The notes: a model not told the origin generated them from the letters alone. Numbered from the stretch's first letter, positions 14,159-30,938 are shown. The stretch: DNA of 64,000 nucleotides from the human T2T-CHM13v2.0 reference genome, Homo sapiens (GCF_009914755.1 NC_060931.1), one strand, 5' to 3'. Program-made: numbers and translations.

Positions 14159-14964
14159 TCAGAGAGCAGGAATCTGAAAAAGATCCCTGTCCTGTCCACC
14201 TCACCCAGTCCCCAGCCACGGTCCACCCCTGCAGGGAGGGCTGCTGTAAGCTTTTTGGGTGGAGCCCCAGGAAGGCAGAAAGACTCCTGGGAAGAAGTGG
14301 ATGTGTGGTGTTTTTAAGTGGGTGGAGCCCTTTGCAGTGTTTCAGAGAAGTAAAGAACCACAGCAGTCTCTGGTCCTGATAAGGTCATGCAGACAGGAAC
14401 CAAGGATGACAGTTAAGACTGTAGGTATATGAAGACTAAGGGCCAGAAGTTTGATGACTTCTCATTGGATGCTGAGAATCCCCATTCTCTCCTTTATCAC
14501 TAGGCAAGCACTCCAAAAATTAAAGAAAAAAGGTAAAAGCATCTGTGGGAAAGACAGTGTGCTGTGTGTGTGCATGGGTGTATGTGTGTGTTGGGCACAA
14601 AGGGAACCCATTGTCCCGAGCTGGCAATTGTGTCATCATCTGGTGGAATAGAGCCTCACAGTAGGAATGAAGTAACCCTGTGATGTACACTTGGGTGTAG
14701 AAGCAAAGTTTTGCCAGTGTCAAACCAGCAAAGGGGCTAAGATTTGAGCCTAAACTGACTGCAAATTCTAATCCTAGGGAGTCTAACACTATGCTAGATT
14801 GCCTTGGGATTTATAGATGGTGAACATGACTCATGGGAAGATGAAAACACTTGCCCACAATCCAGAGCTCATGGAGGGAAGTTGGTGTCTGAACCCAGTC
14901 TTGGCTCTTTTGTCACATGCCTCACTGCCTCCTTAGAGTTAGTATGTACTAATTTTAAAGCTGA

Positions 14965-15266
<302 letters not shown>

Positions 15267-15429
15267 CAGCTGTACTTTTTAAATTCTAAAACACTGTATT
15301 GGTCAGTCTCTCTAATGGAATATGGATATTTACAGCAGAATAGGTAATAATAACTTGAAAGGAAATGTCTAGTCCAATGATTTCATTTTAGGGTAAGAGA
15401 TTTTCCTGGAGAGGGCATAGAAGATGCAG

Positions 15430-16058
15430 CCCCCATGAGCCCCTAGAATTTATTCTCAGGAGTAGACTAAGATGGCAAAAGATTCTTATAGCTAAAGACA
15501 ATTAAGGATGGTGTTTGTGCTTATGTTGCTCTGGGTATCTCACAAATTTGTGGGGGGCCACCAATCATTGCAAACCCATTAATTCATTGCTTTGGATATC
15601 TCACAAATTTGTGTGGGCTGCCAGTCACCAGATGGTCCCTCCTAGGACTGAATCTCCCCAGGATTAACCAGGCAACCACGGTTGAGACCACTTACAGATG
15701 GAACTACTTAAGACAACCTATCCTGAAGCCTGACAGGTTTGGAACAAAGAGTGTGCTGCTTAAAATATTACTTGTCTTGGGGTTTCTAATTTGTTTAGTC
15801 TGGCCACTGAATGTGACCAGAACATCATGCCTCTCAGATGGTAGAGACCAAAAGACAGCACTCCCACTTGGTCACGACTCAAACTCTCAAGGATATAAAA
15901 TAAGACAAGAGGGGAACCTCATCCGGTTTTATTTTGGAGACTCACAACAAAATTTGTCTAAATAGACAAAAGTCTGGTCAAAACCACAAAAATGTCCAGT
16001 TTGCAAGGCCAGCTTGAACAACAGCCTTATAGAGATTTTAGGCCCATGTTCTACCCTG
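15430..16058 (-). mobile_element. ERV1 internal sequence (MER4-group), left part of the outermost provirus
   Basis: MER4-group internal-like sequence that appears to continue at 31545. Confidence 0.6.
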
Positions 16059-16684
16059 TGGTGAAAATAAATAATTCAAAATCTAAGCTGCTGAAACTCT
16101 AAATTAGGTTTGAGCCTTAAAGGGATGTGATTATGGTACCTGAGTCACATGACAGACAGCTGTAACCTTTGTTTCTCTGATAACAGATTAAGCCTTCTTC
16201 CTTACCTGCATTGTTTTGTAACAATTTTAATTTACAACATTTTAGTTGTAAATGACTGAAGGGCACCAAGGAAGACCCCTTCCCTCTGCACTGTTGATCT
16301 TCATTATAGATTAACCTCCCTCTTACCTTTTTCACACAAAGACTTCATGGCTATCACATTGTCTTAAGGCGGAAGGTTAAATTCACTCTTTCCATTGGAA
16401 AGGAAATGAAAACCAGCTATAAAGAAAACAAGCCATACTGAAAAGAAACGAATTGTACCTAATTAATTTGTTATAACTCTATAACTTGTATAGAAAATGT
16501 TGAAATTAGTCCTATTAAATTTCTTTGTCTTCTTCCTATATAAACAAGAACTTTTAACTTTAGAGCATTGATCCCATTTCTCTGGAGTCTGTGAGTCCCA
16601 GAATGGTCATTCCCAGCTTTTCAGTTGAATAAACTCTTTAAAACTGGATTCTGACCCTTTTTATTATATCATTTCAGGTTGACA
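16059..16684 (+). mobile_element. 5' LTR of ERV1 provirus
   Basis: Direct repeat of 30939-31544; TATA box and AATAAA; ends TTGACA, followed by PBS-like TGGCTGCCCAAGAAGGGAC. Confidence 0.9.
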
Positions 16685-17071
16685 TATCTGGCTGCCCAAG
16701 AAGGGACCCAAAGTGAATCTTGCCTTGACTGCTGCTGCTTTGTCAATCAATACCTGGTACCAGCAGGACTGTTTTTATCCAATTGACTTTTGCCAAAGTT
16801 TTCAGGAGCCCTTGGCAAGGCCCCTCCTGGGTTCCAAACATTATCTCTAATACATCCTACCTTATTGCAAGGTCCCACTCCTCCGAGTAAACACTTGGTC
16901 CAAATGGCGGGTGTTATAAATACTCCTGTATCAGCGCATAAGTCTCAACCTGTAACTTTTCAACTAGGTCCCTTACAAGGGACACATGTTTTACTTTTGG
17001 TTTCCTTAGTTTCCATCCATCTAATAAGAAAACTTCTTAGAACTATATAATACCCATATTTCTTTCTCCTA

Positions 17072-17493
<422 letters not shown>

Positions 17494-17945
17494 TTATTAA
17501 GTGATGAATTACAAAATGCAATAAGGCAATACCTGATCAATTGTGGTCAAAGTCCTGCATTGATACAGGAAAATATTGTTTCAACTACTTCAATAAAAAT
17601 TTAAATAGACTCATTGGAAATGGCTTCCAAATAGCAGATAATTTAAGTAGACTCATTGGAAATGGCTTCCAAATAGCAGACAATATCCCTTCAGAACTGT
17701 AGCCCTAGAAGAAAAAAAAAAAACCATATAATTTTAGATTATATAGAAAGAGTACTGGTCATTCTGTGTACAAGTCCTTGCAATGCACCAATTCTCCTGG
17801 TAAGAAAACCTGATGGTAGAGGGTGGAGGTTTGTAGAGGATTTGAGAGCAATAAACAACATAGTAATTCCACAGCATCCAGTTGTGCGTAATCCTCACAC
17901 ACTGCTCACAGCCTTCCCATCTAATGCGGAAATTTTCGGTCATAG

Positions 17946-18255
<310 letters not shown>

Positions 18256-18590
18256 AGTCATAGATTTACGTAGTGCATTCTTCAGTATTCCTTTAGATAA
18301 AGATAGCTAATTTATCTTTAACATCATGTGGGAAGATAGACAATATACCTGGACAGTCAGGCCCCAAGGATACACTAAAAAGTCTGACTTACTTTTTACA
18401 AATATTAAAAACAGACCACTCAGACATTGACTTCATTGAGAAGTCTGTCTTAATACAATAAGTAGATGATTTACTTACTTGCTTAAAGAACAATGGGTTT
18501 TCATGTACAACAATTGGCCCTAAAGGGTGATAAGGTTTATAAAGGAAAAACTTCAATTTTGTCAAAAACAAGTAAAGTACATAGGCCATC

Positions 18591-18975
18591 TGATAAGGTT
18601 TGGCCCACTGTCCCCACCCAAATCTCATGTTGAATTGTAATCCCCATTGTTGGGGGAGGGACCTGGTGGGAGGAGATTGAATCATGGGAGCGGACTTCCC
18701 CCTTGCTGTTCTTGTGACAGTGAGTGAGATCTCATAGATCTGAATGTTTAAAAGTGTTTAGCACTTGCCCCTTCACTCTCTCTCTCTCTTCTGCTCCACC
18801 ATGGTAAGACGTGCTTGCTTCACCTTTACCCTCCACCATGACTGTAAGTTTCTGAGGCCTCCCAGTCATGCTTCCTATACAGCCTGTGGAACTGTGAGTC
18901 AATTAAACCTCTTTGCTTCATAAATTACCCAGTCTCAGATAGTTCTTTATAGCAATGTGAGAACAGTCTAATATA
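18591..18975 (+). mobile_element. MSTA-like solo LTR inserted in RT
   Basis: TGATAAGGTTTGG...CTAATATA; TSD CCATC/CCATG. Confidence 0.9.
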
Positions 18976-20359
18976 CCATGTAACAGTCAAGGAACGACTT
19001 CCTATTAATCCAGCTAGGTTGAAAGGAATCCTAGCTTTTCCACCACTGAGAAGCAAGAAGCAATTGAGAGGGTTTTGGGGGCTGACAGGATATTGTAGAA
19101 ATTGGATAGCCAACTTCTCTTCAAAGGCCCAGCCCTTATATACTCTCTTATAACTGGACATTACAGACCTTCTAGACAGGACAGAAAAAAATCAAATAAC
19201 ATTAGAAATGATCAAAAATGACTTTGCTAAATCCTCAGCTTTAGTACATCCAAATTATTATATAACCTTCCATTTTCAGTATTTAAACACTAAAGTGATG
19301 GAAACGCTTTAGGGATTCTAACTCAAAAACATGGAGATCAAAATAGACTTGGGGGTATTATAGCCAATAAAGACCCTGTAGCAAGAGGATGGCCAACTTG
19401 TATGCAAACCATTAACAGCTTATGCTTTGTTAAGGCAACTAAAGACATTGCAATGGGAACATCCCTTACTATCTTCATCTCTCATTCTATGGAGGCACTG
19501 CTGAACTCATACCATATTCAGTATTACTCAGTTCTCAGACTGGCCTCACATGAGGTCCTATTTCTTTTAGCTCCTTATGTCACCATATCTAGGTGTAACA
19601 ATGTAAACCCTGCAACTCTTTTGCCTTTGTTTTAAGATGAGCTGCTGCACAACAGCATAGCCCTAATTGATCAATGTCTTTCTCCCAGGTCACATCTATT
19701 GAGATATCCCCCTTGCAAATACTAATATTGTTGTTTGGCTTATAAATGGACCTTACTTAATGGATGAATCTGGATTCTATAGGGCTGGATACACTATAGT
19801 GTCTTTAACTGAAGAAACAGGAAGTGCCTATCTTCCAAAAGCCACTTCACCTCAACAAGTGGAATTAATAATATTAAATAGGTCCTGTCAATTGGCAGAA
19901 AAATATATTCACTAGTATTTATACAGACAGTAGATATGTTTTTGGAGTAGCCCATGATTTTGAAGTGTTATGGAAACAAAGAGGATTCTCAATCTCTTCA
20001 GGTCAATCCATAAAAAAAAGACATCTTATTTCACAACTACTAAAAGTCATATTATTGCCAAAATCATTGGCCATTATTAAAATTCCGGGTCATTCCAAAA
20101 AAGATACTCCAGAATGCAGAGGAAATTAGTGATCTAATAAGGTCACAAAGAGTGCTACTCAAAATGCATCTAAACAGGAAAATCTACCTGTATTAACTTT
20201 TAAGGAAGCACTTGAAATTGATATAAAATTAATCCAGAGTCCCAAAATCAGCACAAAAAGTTTGGGACACAAAAGGGCGTAAATATTCACCAAAAGATGA
20301 AGAATGGTACAGGTGAAACAACTCACCCATACTTCTTGCTGAATTACAGCCATCATATT

Positions 20360-20636
20360 TTTAAAGACAGGGTTTCAGTCTGTCACCCAGGCTGGAATGC
20401 AGTGGCATGAACATGGCTCACTGTTGCCTTGACTTCCTGGGCTCGAGCTATCCTCCCACCTCAGCCTCCTGACTAGGTGGAACACGCCATCATGATTGGC
20501 TAATTTTTAAATTTTTTGTAGATATGGGGTCTCACCATGTTGCCCAGCCTGGTCTCAAACTCCTGGCCTCAAGCAATCCTCCTGCCTCAGCCTCCTGAAG
20601 TGTTGTGATTACAGGTGCGAGCCACTGCACCTGGCC
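20360..20636 (-). mobile_element. Old Alu (AluJ-like)
   Basis: Diverged Alu dimer. Confidence 0.88.
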
Positions 20637-21779
20637 TACAGTTATCATTTTTAACACATGTGCATGATCTAACTTACTGGAGTCCTGCCAAAATGGTTGC
20701 CCAGGAAAAACAGTATTACTGGAAACCTTCTCCAACGATAGCTCATAAGGTATACAAGCAGTCATATTTGCCCAAAATATAATCCAGGAAAAGCATTACT
20801 TACTTCCCAAAGACACTTTCCTTTATCTGAGACTCCCTTTGAAATACAGCAACTAGATTTTTTTCTAATTGCCACTTTCATAAGGCTACAAATATGTCCT
20901 GGTAATTATTTGCATGTTTTCTTATTGGGTAGAGGCATTTCCATGAAGAAGAGCAATAGCCTTAGCAGTAAGTAAAATTATTGTAGAAAAAATTATTCCA
21001 ACCCAGACATTTCATTGGAACTTCATAGCAACAGAGGTATTGAATAATTGGAATAGATAATTCACTGGATAGATAATTCAATCAGCATGTAGCATCTGGC
21101 CTATTTTTCAGCATTTCCATTGTGTTTATTACTCCCTATCATCTGGGTTAGTAGAATGCACAAACAGAATAATAAAAACCCAAATGGCAAAATTAACTGA
21201 GGCTTTTAAAATTCCTTGGCCAAAATCCATTCCATTGGTTTTGCTAAACAAAAGATTTACTCCTTTTGGTAAAATAACAGTTATCTCCATTTAAAATAAC
21301 AGGCAAACCTATCAAAATGTCTCCTAGAAATTGTGCCACCTTGTGACTTAGTAAAATAATCTTTTCACAGAAAGCTTCTTGGAAACATAAATCTAAAGAA
21401 CCACAGACTTGAACCTGGAGATTTTGTCTATTGGAAACATTTCTTAAAAGATTGTCTCCAACCAGGATACAGCGGACCTTACCAGGTACTTCTTACTAAT
21501 TCTTGTGCTGCTAAACTAGAAGGCATAGACTCCTGGATTCACGTCTCACATCTAAGGAAAGCTGAGCCTCCTGAATAGACTGTTTCACCAGAGAGTAATC
21601 TTCTACTTAAAATAAGGCGATGCCAATTGAGAAGAAGATGGTCGCAGACATGGTTGGGTGTCCCAAGACCTGGACCAGGTCTGTATCTAAATTAATGCTT
21701 AATATTAACAATTGTTAATAGATGGAGAATATTTTATTTTACAAGCTTCCACCCAACTTCTTTTTTTTTTTCTCCTTAG

Positions 21780-22182
21780 TTCTCATGCCTTGGTACTACT
21801 ATACCACTTGTTGCCCATAAAGCAACCTCTTTTTGCAATGGGCCCAACACTATGCTAATAGGTTACAAAAGGATGCTCATTGGGTATGTGGTCTCATGTC
21901 CCTTTCCAGTAGTTCTGGATTTCCCATGGTGGAAATCTCTTCAAGGGCAAGATTGGATAGAATATCAGAAATATTATATATCCATGTTTCCCCAGCACAG
22001 TTATTGGTACTTAACACTAGTATGACTAAACATAATAACCATCACTGGTCTATTACTAATACCTTACAAAATAAAGGGTAAGGGAAGAACTTCTCCATAA
22101 AAGAAATTAATTCACTAGCTTTAACGCTGTGCTGCCCCAGTTGAGAGACGAAACAGACACTGCCCCAATTGAGAAATAAGAC
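21780..22182 (+). pseudogene. env SU, N-terminal remnant
   Basis: Lies right after integrase; DAHWVCG resembles the CWxC motif; ends at the nested LTR. Confidence 0.6.
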
Positions 22183-22751
22183 TGCAACCAAATGTAGGTT
22201 CAGCTGCTCACCACTTGCAAAACTAAATAACAAGGACAAGGTTCAGTATAAGGAAATTGACTTCATTTTCCAAAGCTAACAGTGGGGAAGTGGTTCAGGC
22301 TCCTGCCTTAATGAAACTGCTTCAAAATTCTTGGGCAAAATGCTAGGGTTTAAGAAGGGGAAGTTTGGTATGGAGGATATGTGGTGGGTGGGTGGTGGTG
22401 GGTGGGGGCGTGAGAGGTGGTGCTGGTCTACGTGGCTTGTTTTGATGACTTATCTTGAGTTATTGTCCCATCTTGAGAATGGGTTGACACCATCTCAGGC
22501 TTGACCAGGTTGTAAATTAGCTGCTGCCTTGAAGTAATCTTCTGGTGGGAGATAATTCCATAGGCACCCAGATTGTCTCAAGATTCAATCCCTGGAACTT
22601 CTAAGCAAACATAATTAGATAAGTTAGCAATGCAAGGAAGTACCTGGTAGAAAGAAGGAGAGTAAAGCTTATTATTTCATTACTAATAAGTTGTAGAAAG
22701 GACTGCAGAAAGAAAAAGAAAAAAATAACAAAAATAGGGTCCTTGGTTACA
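22183..22751 (-). mobile_element. 3' LTR of nested LOR1-like provirus
   Basis: Direct repeat of 29194-29753; minus strand starts TGTAACCAAGGACCCTATTTT. Confidence 0.85.
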
Positions 22752-23150
22752 ACACCTCACTATCAAATGCCATTCTATTTCTATGGAACTCAAGTGACAT
22801 ATTCATTCTAGCTACTTCCTATTGCAAAGGGGTGTAGTTAAAAGGTATTGGAATGGAACTGATCTACTTGGAGGTGAAAGTGTTCTCAGGTACCTGGGCT
22901 CAGATGAAACCTGTTGCAGCATTATGGTGGAGAGCCTTGCAAGTCCCTGAGAAAGTCTATCTAGTATCCCATGCAAAAGGCGCTGCAGCAGTAAAACCCA
23001 CAGCACAGAAGTATCCCTATTTCCCACAATTATAGTGAGAATTACCAGTAACTGTTCCCATCAGGATGGTCCTGACCCAAACTAGGATGTAAACCATCTA
23101 ATGGCAATGTAGGGTCTGGGTTTAACATGGCTTGAATTTCTTGCATGTCT

Positions 23151-23229
23151 TATGTATGTATGTATATATACGTGTATGTGTATGTATATATGTATATATA
23201 CGTGTGTGTGTGTATGTATATATGTATAT
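23151..23229. repeat. (TA/TG)n compound microsatellite
   Basis: Direct reading. Confidence 0.9.
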
Positions 23230-25236
23230 TTAACAGATTACAGGAGGAGCTATGAATATTCATGAAGATGGTTATAAACCCTGTCTAGTTCTTAAGAATG
23301 GATCAGTTTAGTTAAATGGCTGTTTCCCATTCCAGGAGGTGCCATTGCAGATGGGCTAGGTCTCAATATGTGATGAAGGTGAATAGGAGGTATTTTTATG
23401 GAAACAGAAGAAAAACAAAGTTGATGTTGGGCAGAATCTATCTTCAGTTTCAAAAGAAGAAGGCAGTGGCAATCTGACTCATTTTTCTCACCTGTGTCTC
23501 AAGGAATAAGCTTTAGCTTGTAAGGCCTCAGTAAAAAGGTAGCAGCAATTTTATTGAGTCCAAGTCAAAAAACTGGAAAAAGAAATTTAAAAGCATTAGT
23601 CTGGGGAATTGTTGCCTGGAAAAAATAAAGATTCATTCCAAATTGCAGAAAATAATACAGATCCAAAAACAATGGACAAGACTACACTCTAACAATAGGT
23701 GTACTATAGTTTTTTTTTTTGAAACACAAATTTTCTTTTTTCAGTCCCCATTTTTACTAAAGACAAATCATGGAACTATTTGTAAAACAAGTTTTAGTAT
23801 TATTATATTTGGCCTGATTAGCCTCATTATTTGTATAAAGTGCAGCAAGAATAATTATTTGCCATATAGGCCCTTTTAAAAAAATTGACTTTGCTGGAAT
23901 GCTATTTTTTTATAAGAAATCTCAGATTAGACTGTTTAAAGCCCTGAGTTCAGCCATGGATTTATCTGCCTGCAAATATCTGTATGAATTGGGTAAATTC
24001 TTCTCCTTTCAAGATCCCATAAAAACTTGGAGCTCCTAGGCCTGTCAGAAAGTGACATTCTTTACTTACCACAGGTCAGGAAACCTATATAGGGACTATA
24101 TAGACAAGAGGTGAGGCCAGTTTTTCTTAGGGGCCTTTTATCAGCTCTGTAAGTCAACTTTGATTCCTTAAAGCAGTCTGTTTATAACTGAAACCATGCC
24201 ATTCCAGTCAAAGCCTTGGTAAAATAACCAGTGCCTTCAATGGTGTCCTGTTTAAAAAAAAAGAAAACAGATTTTTATTGAACTTATAGAAATAAACATA
24301 CTGCCATAAATTAAGTATACTTACAAATAGTTTTCAAATTCTGGAGAAATCAGGTAAAGGACAGAAATGTTTCAAATTTTTCTCACAAGAATATACTCTG
24401 TAAATCACTCAAAAGAAAAAGAAAGATTTTCTGGACTTTGAAAAACAAAGGAATTACCAATACTTTAAACAAAAAGTCATAAAAAGATTATTTTGGTCTT
24501 CCATTAGTTCAGTCTGTGTAATCAACTCTTTTTCTGCTTGATATTCATGAACACATTAGCTCTTCATGGGAGTCTTGGAAGTTTTTTACTTTATTCTAAT
24601 GTCATACTCTCAAAAGTTATCAGAAACCTGCATTCAAGAGCACCTACCTATAGGATCAGAGTCCTATAGCTGATTATAAATCCGCATTTTGAAAAGAATC
24701 AAAATAAAACAACAATTATAGATGACAACAGTTTCAGAGCAGCCTTGGTTGAAGACACAATTGACAAGGAAATTTCATTATCTCTGTGGCACACAATAAT
24801 TTAACATAGCAACCATTAATTATTACTGATAGCATATACTGAGATATATCAGAATTATAGGAATCTTACACAGTTTTGGAACAGATATTAGTAATACATT
24901 TATATGAATGTATAATGAATCCAAGAAAGTTAAACATTATTTTATATTTCACAATGCTTCCTGTATGATTTTAATATCCAAATAAGCCAAATATGTCTCT
25001 TTTAGACTTCAGGAGATGTAATATTTAAAAAGGTTAATGAGATCTAAAAAGGCTTAATTTAGAACTTGGAATTTCAATTTTGGAAGGTTTGTCAAATATC
25101 AACGGCTTAAAACATTTGATAACACAAAATGGAATCACAGATTATTCATTTAGCTGAAATGACAACTCAAAAATATCAAAAGACAAAAACCTTTACTCAC
25201 TAATAGAGGGGAGACTCAGTTTTCTAAACAACAAAC

Positions 25237-26170
<934 letters not shown>

Positions 26171-26440
26171 TAAAGTTAATTTTTTATAAAACCTTGTAAG
26201 CCAGTCTATTAGTTTGACCATAAGGTAAGACTTTTATAAACCATTTATAACTCTATAATTTTTTGTTAAAGAGCAGATCAATGCTCTAAGAAACCTCTGT
26301 TATTTTGATACATGGGCCCAGATTCTGGCCCTATATCAGTGTCTTTTTATTTTAATACTCAATTTATGGATATACAAAATAATATCCTTTAATTTTAGCC
26401 AGCTTCTTCACATGCAGAATTTATTTTATAAGATTAATCA

Positions 26441-26720
26441 GGCTGGGCACAGTGGCTCACACTTGTATTCCTAACACTTTGGGAGGCTAAGGTGTGTGGA
26501 TCATTTGAGGTCAGGAGTACAAGACCAGCCTGGCCAACATGGTGAAACCCCATCTCTACGAAAAATAAAAAAATTAGCCGGACATGATAGCATGTGCCTG
26601 TGATCCCAGCTACCAGGGAGGCTTGAACCTGGCAGGCAGAAGTTGCAGTGAGCCAAGATCGTACCACTTCACTTCAGTCTCTGCGACAGAGTGAGACTCC
26701 ATCTCAAAAAAAAAAAAAAA
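26441..26720 (+). mobile_element. Alu with small internal deletion
   Basis: Alu; ATTAATC flank repeat. Confidence 0.93.
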
Positions 26721-29193
26721 TTAATCTTCTATAAACCTTTTATAACTTACTTAAACTTCGTTTTTTTTTAACTTAAAATAATCTTTAAACCATCTAAACT
26801 AGGCAAAATTACTTTATCTTTAATAAAAAACCATGTTTCCATGCCTTTTTATAGCTTTTTACCAAGACATATTTTACTTTCTTTAGACAACTTGCATGTA
26901 AAACTGTTTTTCTAGTAGTCCCAATTACATATGTTATAATGTAAACTCCTAGCAACTTTTATTCTTAATGAAAGATAAAGGAAGTAAGCAATTTTAATTA
27001 TATACCAGGTGTAGAACCTAGGAGACAGGATAGAACTTCAGATAATGTTTGACTTTTTCCAGCATAGCCAGGGAGCACAGCTAAGTCCATGTGTGCCCTG
27101 GCTTTACTTAGAATTTAATGGCTCCAAAGCTGGCGAGTCCAACAATTATTAAAATGTCACAGAAGCAGTTTGTGATCTTAAAACATCTAGCAAAGACAGT
27201 ATCTGGCTTGCTTAATTCAGAGTAAGTGTCTAAATTCTGAAGACAATTTTATTTTATTTTACCAATAATCTTTACCACTGTCTTTATTTCCCAAAGATTA
27301 CTAAAGTCACATGACATTTTAAAGTTTTTCTATTTTTCTAATAAAATATTGTGTTTAGCTGCTTATTTTTCTTTCAGCCAATTAATTAGAGCTCTTTTCT
27401 ATATTTTGGTAGTGAAACATCACACACACAACACATATAAATACACAGAGAGACAGACAGAAGCAGGTGATATTATTTTTCATTTGCCAGTTTTAAGTTT
27501 CTTTTTCTTGTTTTAGATGATCGGTCTCTTGATTACCTGTTCCCTTTCCCAAACAATTGCCAGCCAGACAGCTTCAAATTTACATTTTCGTAGAAATATT
27601 TATTAGGTGAAACAAAATAGAGAATTCATATTCTATTTAGAGTGAGGAAAAATGGTGTGGGTAAAAGTTCAGTCAAGACAGCCAGCAAAGGCAGACACTC
27701 TTACAAATGGAAATTTTCTAAAAGATCTGAGTTTCTTAATTGGAACTTAGATCTGGCTTTAAGATTACTGGCTTTAAGGTGGAGACTTTTAAGGAATAGG
27801 GCCAGGAAACATGCATTTTGTAGGGCTAACAAGCAGGCACAGCTGGAAGGCAAACAGACCTCCCCAAATCAAAGATCTCATTTTTCCACCGAATCCTGGG
27901 TGCCCCAAAGAGGGAAGTGCTACAGGATGAGATAGTGCAATGCTTTCACAGTGTATACCATCAAAAGGACATTTCTGTGAGGCTGGTGGGCAACCCAAAG
28001 CCAATCAGCCCTTTCTGTAATCAGCCCATCCCCCGTTCCATACCTTCCAGTTGTCCAGGAGCATACTCTGCTTATTTAAATGCCCAATGAAAGTTGTATG
28101 GCCCTGTAAGAAGAATTATTTATTATAACGGCCATCAGCCATTTTACAAAGTATATTTTTAAATCTAGCTATTACATATCAAGGTCAAAATTCTCTCATA
28201 ATGCCAAGTAATTTCTGGTCTCCCCCTACAAAGTAAAAAAGACTGGATAAAAGAGGAAGGAACAACAGACAGGAGTATATGGAGAGTCAGACGGAATTCT
28301 GCTAAGAAGTGTTTACAGAGAGAAAGCAGGGGCTTTAAAACAATATATGTCTTAAATATCAGTTTTAAGTAAGTTGACTTTTAACTATAAAGCTCTCAAA
28401 ATAAAATCCTTTCAAATCTTTTATTACCAGATTTTAGCTACGAAAAGCAGCCAATATTTCTGGCATTTGAATTTTTTTTCCTTCAATTTTGAATGAATTT
28501 TCACTGTTTACATTTTAGTTAGAAGTGGCTGAACTGTATAAGAAAAACAAAATCTCAGTACTAGTAACTTAATAATAGCAGATACAAAGTAGGCAGAAAA
28601 GAAAAGAAATAAAGAAAGATAAGGGTCCAAATATAAATGCTACACACTCACACAGTCACAATTTCAAATGGCGCTCTCCCAAACAAAGTCCCCGCTCAAG
28701 GGGCTGGGTAAAGAGTCTGGAAACCTCCTCCATCCTGATCACAAATGGCTCCAAGAGCAGCTGAGTCCAAACAGAGCAAAGCTCCAGTGGCATCACAAAC
28801 ACAAATGGTGTGCATGCCCAAACTGTGTTGTGAGCACCTAATTCTAAGCAGAGCAGAGTCCAAGCAATACCACCCAAAAAGACAGAGCTAAGCTGGGTGC
28901 ACACCAGCTGCCTCATCCAATTTCCAAAGTGTGTCGACTTACTCAGAGGTCACTTTCTTTGTACCAGTGAAGTGTAGAAGCCAGCCAGTGCCATGGCAGA
29001 AAGAGCAGGGAGGTTCCCCAGGACAAAACTGTCAGTTTCAGGGAAATTCCCCAGGGTTTTGGCCATAATGTCAGCTAGCTATAAGCAGCTGGTGCTCACA
29101 GGCAGCCCCCTGGCCCATTTGGTAGCATGAAGCCAGACTGACAGACTAGGATCACCCAGAATGCACAGCTTCCCTGTACAGGACACCAAAAAT

Positions 29194-29753
29194 TGTAACT
29201 GAATGCAGATTTGGCCGTTTGTCACTTGCAGAATCAAGTAACAAGGACAAGGTGTGATAGAAAGAAAGTGAAGTGACTTTATGTTCCAATATTGACAGTG
29301 GGAAGTAGTTCAGGCTCCTGCCTTGATGAAACCACTTTAAAATTCTCAGGCAAAACACTAGAGCTTGAGAAGGGGAAGTTTGGTATGGAGGAAATGCGGG
29401 AGTTGGGGGTGGCAAGGTGGTGTGGGTCTATATGACTTGTTCTGATGACTTATCTTGAGTTATTGCTCCAACTTGTGAATGAGCTGGTGCCATCTCGGGC
29501 TTGACTGGGTTGTAAATTAGCTGCAGGCTTGAAGTAATCTCCTGGTGGGGGATAATTCCATAGGCACCTGGATTGTCTCAAGATTCAATCTCTGGAACTT
29601 CTAAGCAAGCATAATTAGATAAGCTAGCAATGCAAGGGAGTGCCTTGTGGAAAGAAGGAGAGTAAAGGATATTATTTTATTACTAAAAAGTTAATAGAAA
29701 AGGACTGAAGAAGGAAGAGGAAAAAAACCTTAAAAATAGGGTACTCAGTTATA
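29194..29753 (-). mobile_element. 5' LTR of nested LOR1-like provirus
   Basis: Paired with 22183-22751; adjacent PBS; outer flanks AGAC/AGAA (imperfect 4-bp TSD). Confidence 0.85.
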
Positions 29754-30710
29754 AGAAAACTCAACTTCAGTATCATATAACACAAATTTAAGATGGGTTT
29801 ATCTGGCTTATTCCCTCCCGTCAGCTCAGCTACGTTGTCTATGTTGGGACCAGAGAAATTACATTAAAGATAACTGGCCTAATTGCACCAGAAATATGGG
29901 ATGGATACCCAAAGAACAGTGTTTCAACACCATTACATTACAAAATACTGATTGGCCTGCCACTGAATAGATACAACAACTGAGTATTTCTTGGTTAGCT
30001 TCAAATGGAAAGTTTTGGTCATGTGGCACTAATCTATGGACATGGCTACTCCCAGGATGGCTAGGACAATGTTCCTTGGGTTATGCTTGGGCACAAGGTC
30101 AAATAGTTCATTCCCTATCAAAACCTGCAAATTTTCCTCATTTATAATCCTGCTGGGCTTTTTCTGTGTTCCATTGGTATGATCATTTAGCTTCCATCTT
30201 CATCCCACAACTGGGTATTTGAGAATGTTATTTGGCATGTAGAGGCCCCGATCAATTATACACTACAGGCTCTAAATGATAGCCACATCAGTACTTTGTT
30301 ATTAAACAATGAAGTTGCTATTACAAGAAAGGCTGTATGGCACAACAAGTTTTAGACACACCCACTGCAGCCCAAGGTACCATCATAAAAACTGAATGTT
30401 GTGTCTCTATACTAGATGAGTCTAATAACATCAATAAATGAATGGCTGATATGAAAACCTCAATAACCAACTTTTCAGATCCCAAATCTTCTCTAAGTGA
30501 CTAGCTAAGTAGATGGTTTGGATCTTGGGTAACTTAACAGCAAAAGCTGTTACTTATTCTAGGAATTGTAATTGCATATTGTGTTTTGTTCTGGTTTTGT
30601 CTACACTGTTGTTACAGCATTTGTTTAAAATGGAGTCAACTTGTGACTGAAAAGACTAAAATAATGGTCCCCCAAATAGTTGCATAAATTGAAGATATAG
30701 CTATTTAGCC
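29754..30710 (+). pseudogene. env remnant (SU C-term and TM)
   Basis: WYDHLASIFIPQLG; ALNDSHISTLLLNNEVAITRKAV; degenerate immunosuppressive domain LDTPTAAQG; IIKTECCV; hydrophobic TM segment. Frameshifts and stops. Confidence 0.85.
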
Positions 30711-30938
30711 TAACACACAAAATCACTTTCTTTATGCTGACTTAAATTCAGCCTATACTACATCAGCTTACAGCTGGTTTAATCATCCTTTGCTAGGGGA
30801 CATGACATCCTAGGAGTGTGCCTTCCTAGTGACATGGGATCAAAATTTCTCAACATAAAAGGAGTCCAACCATTAAATTCATCTATGATGGTTTCTTCAA
30901 AAAGTTCTTGAAGAACTTTCTTCCAAAAAGAAGAAAAA

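Noticed and set aside
16050-16062. Target-site duplication of the + strand provirus
   Set aside because: The flanks (CTGTGG vs CAAT) do not match convincingly, so no TSD is claimed and the 5' LTR start is approximate.
29754-30710. Possible co-opted syncytin-like env
   Set aside because: Split by a 7.5-kb insertion, with frameshifts, stops and a damaged immunosuppressive domain and CX6CC motif.
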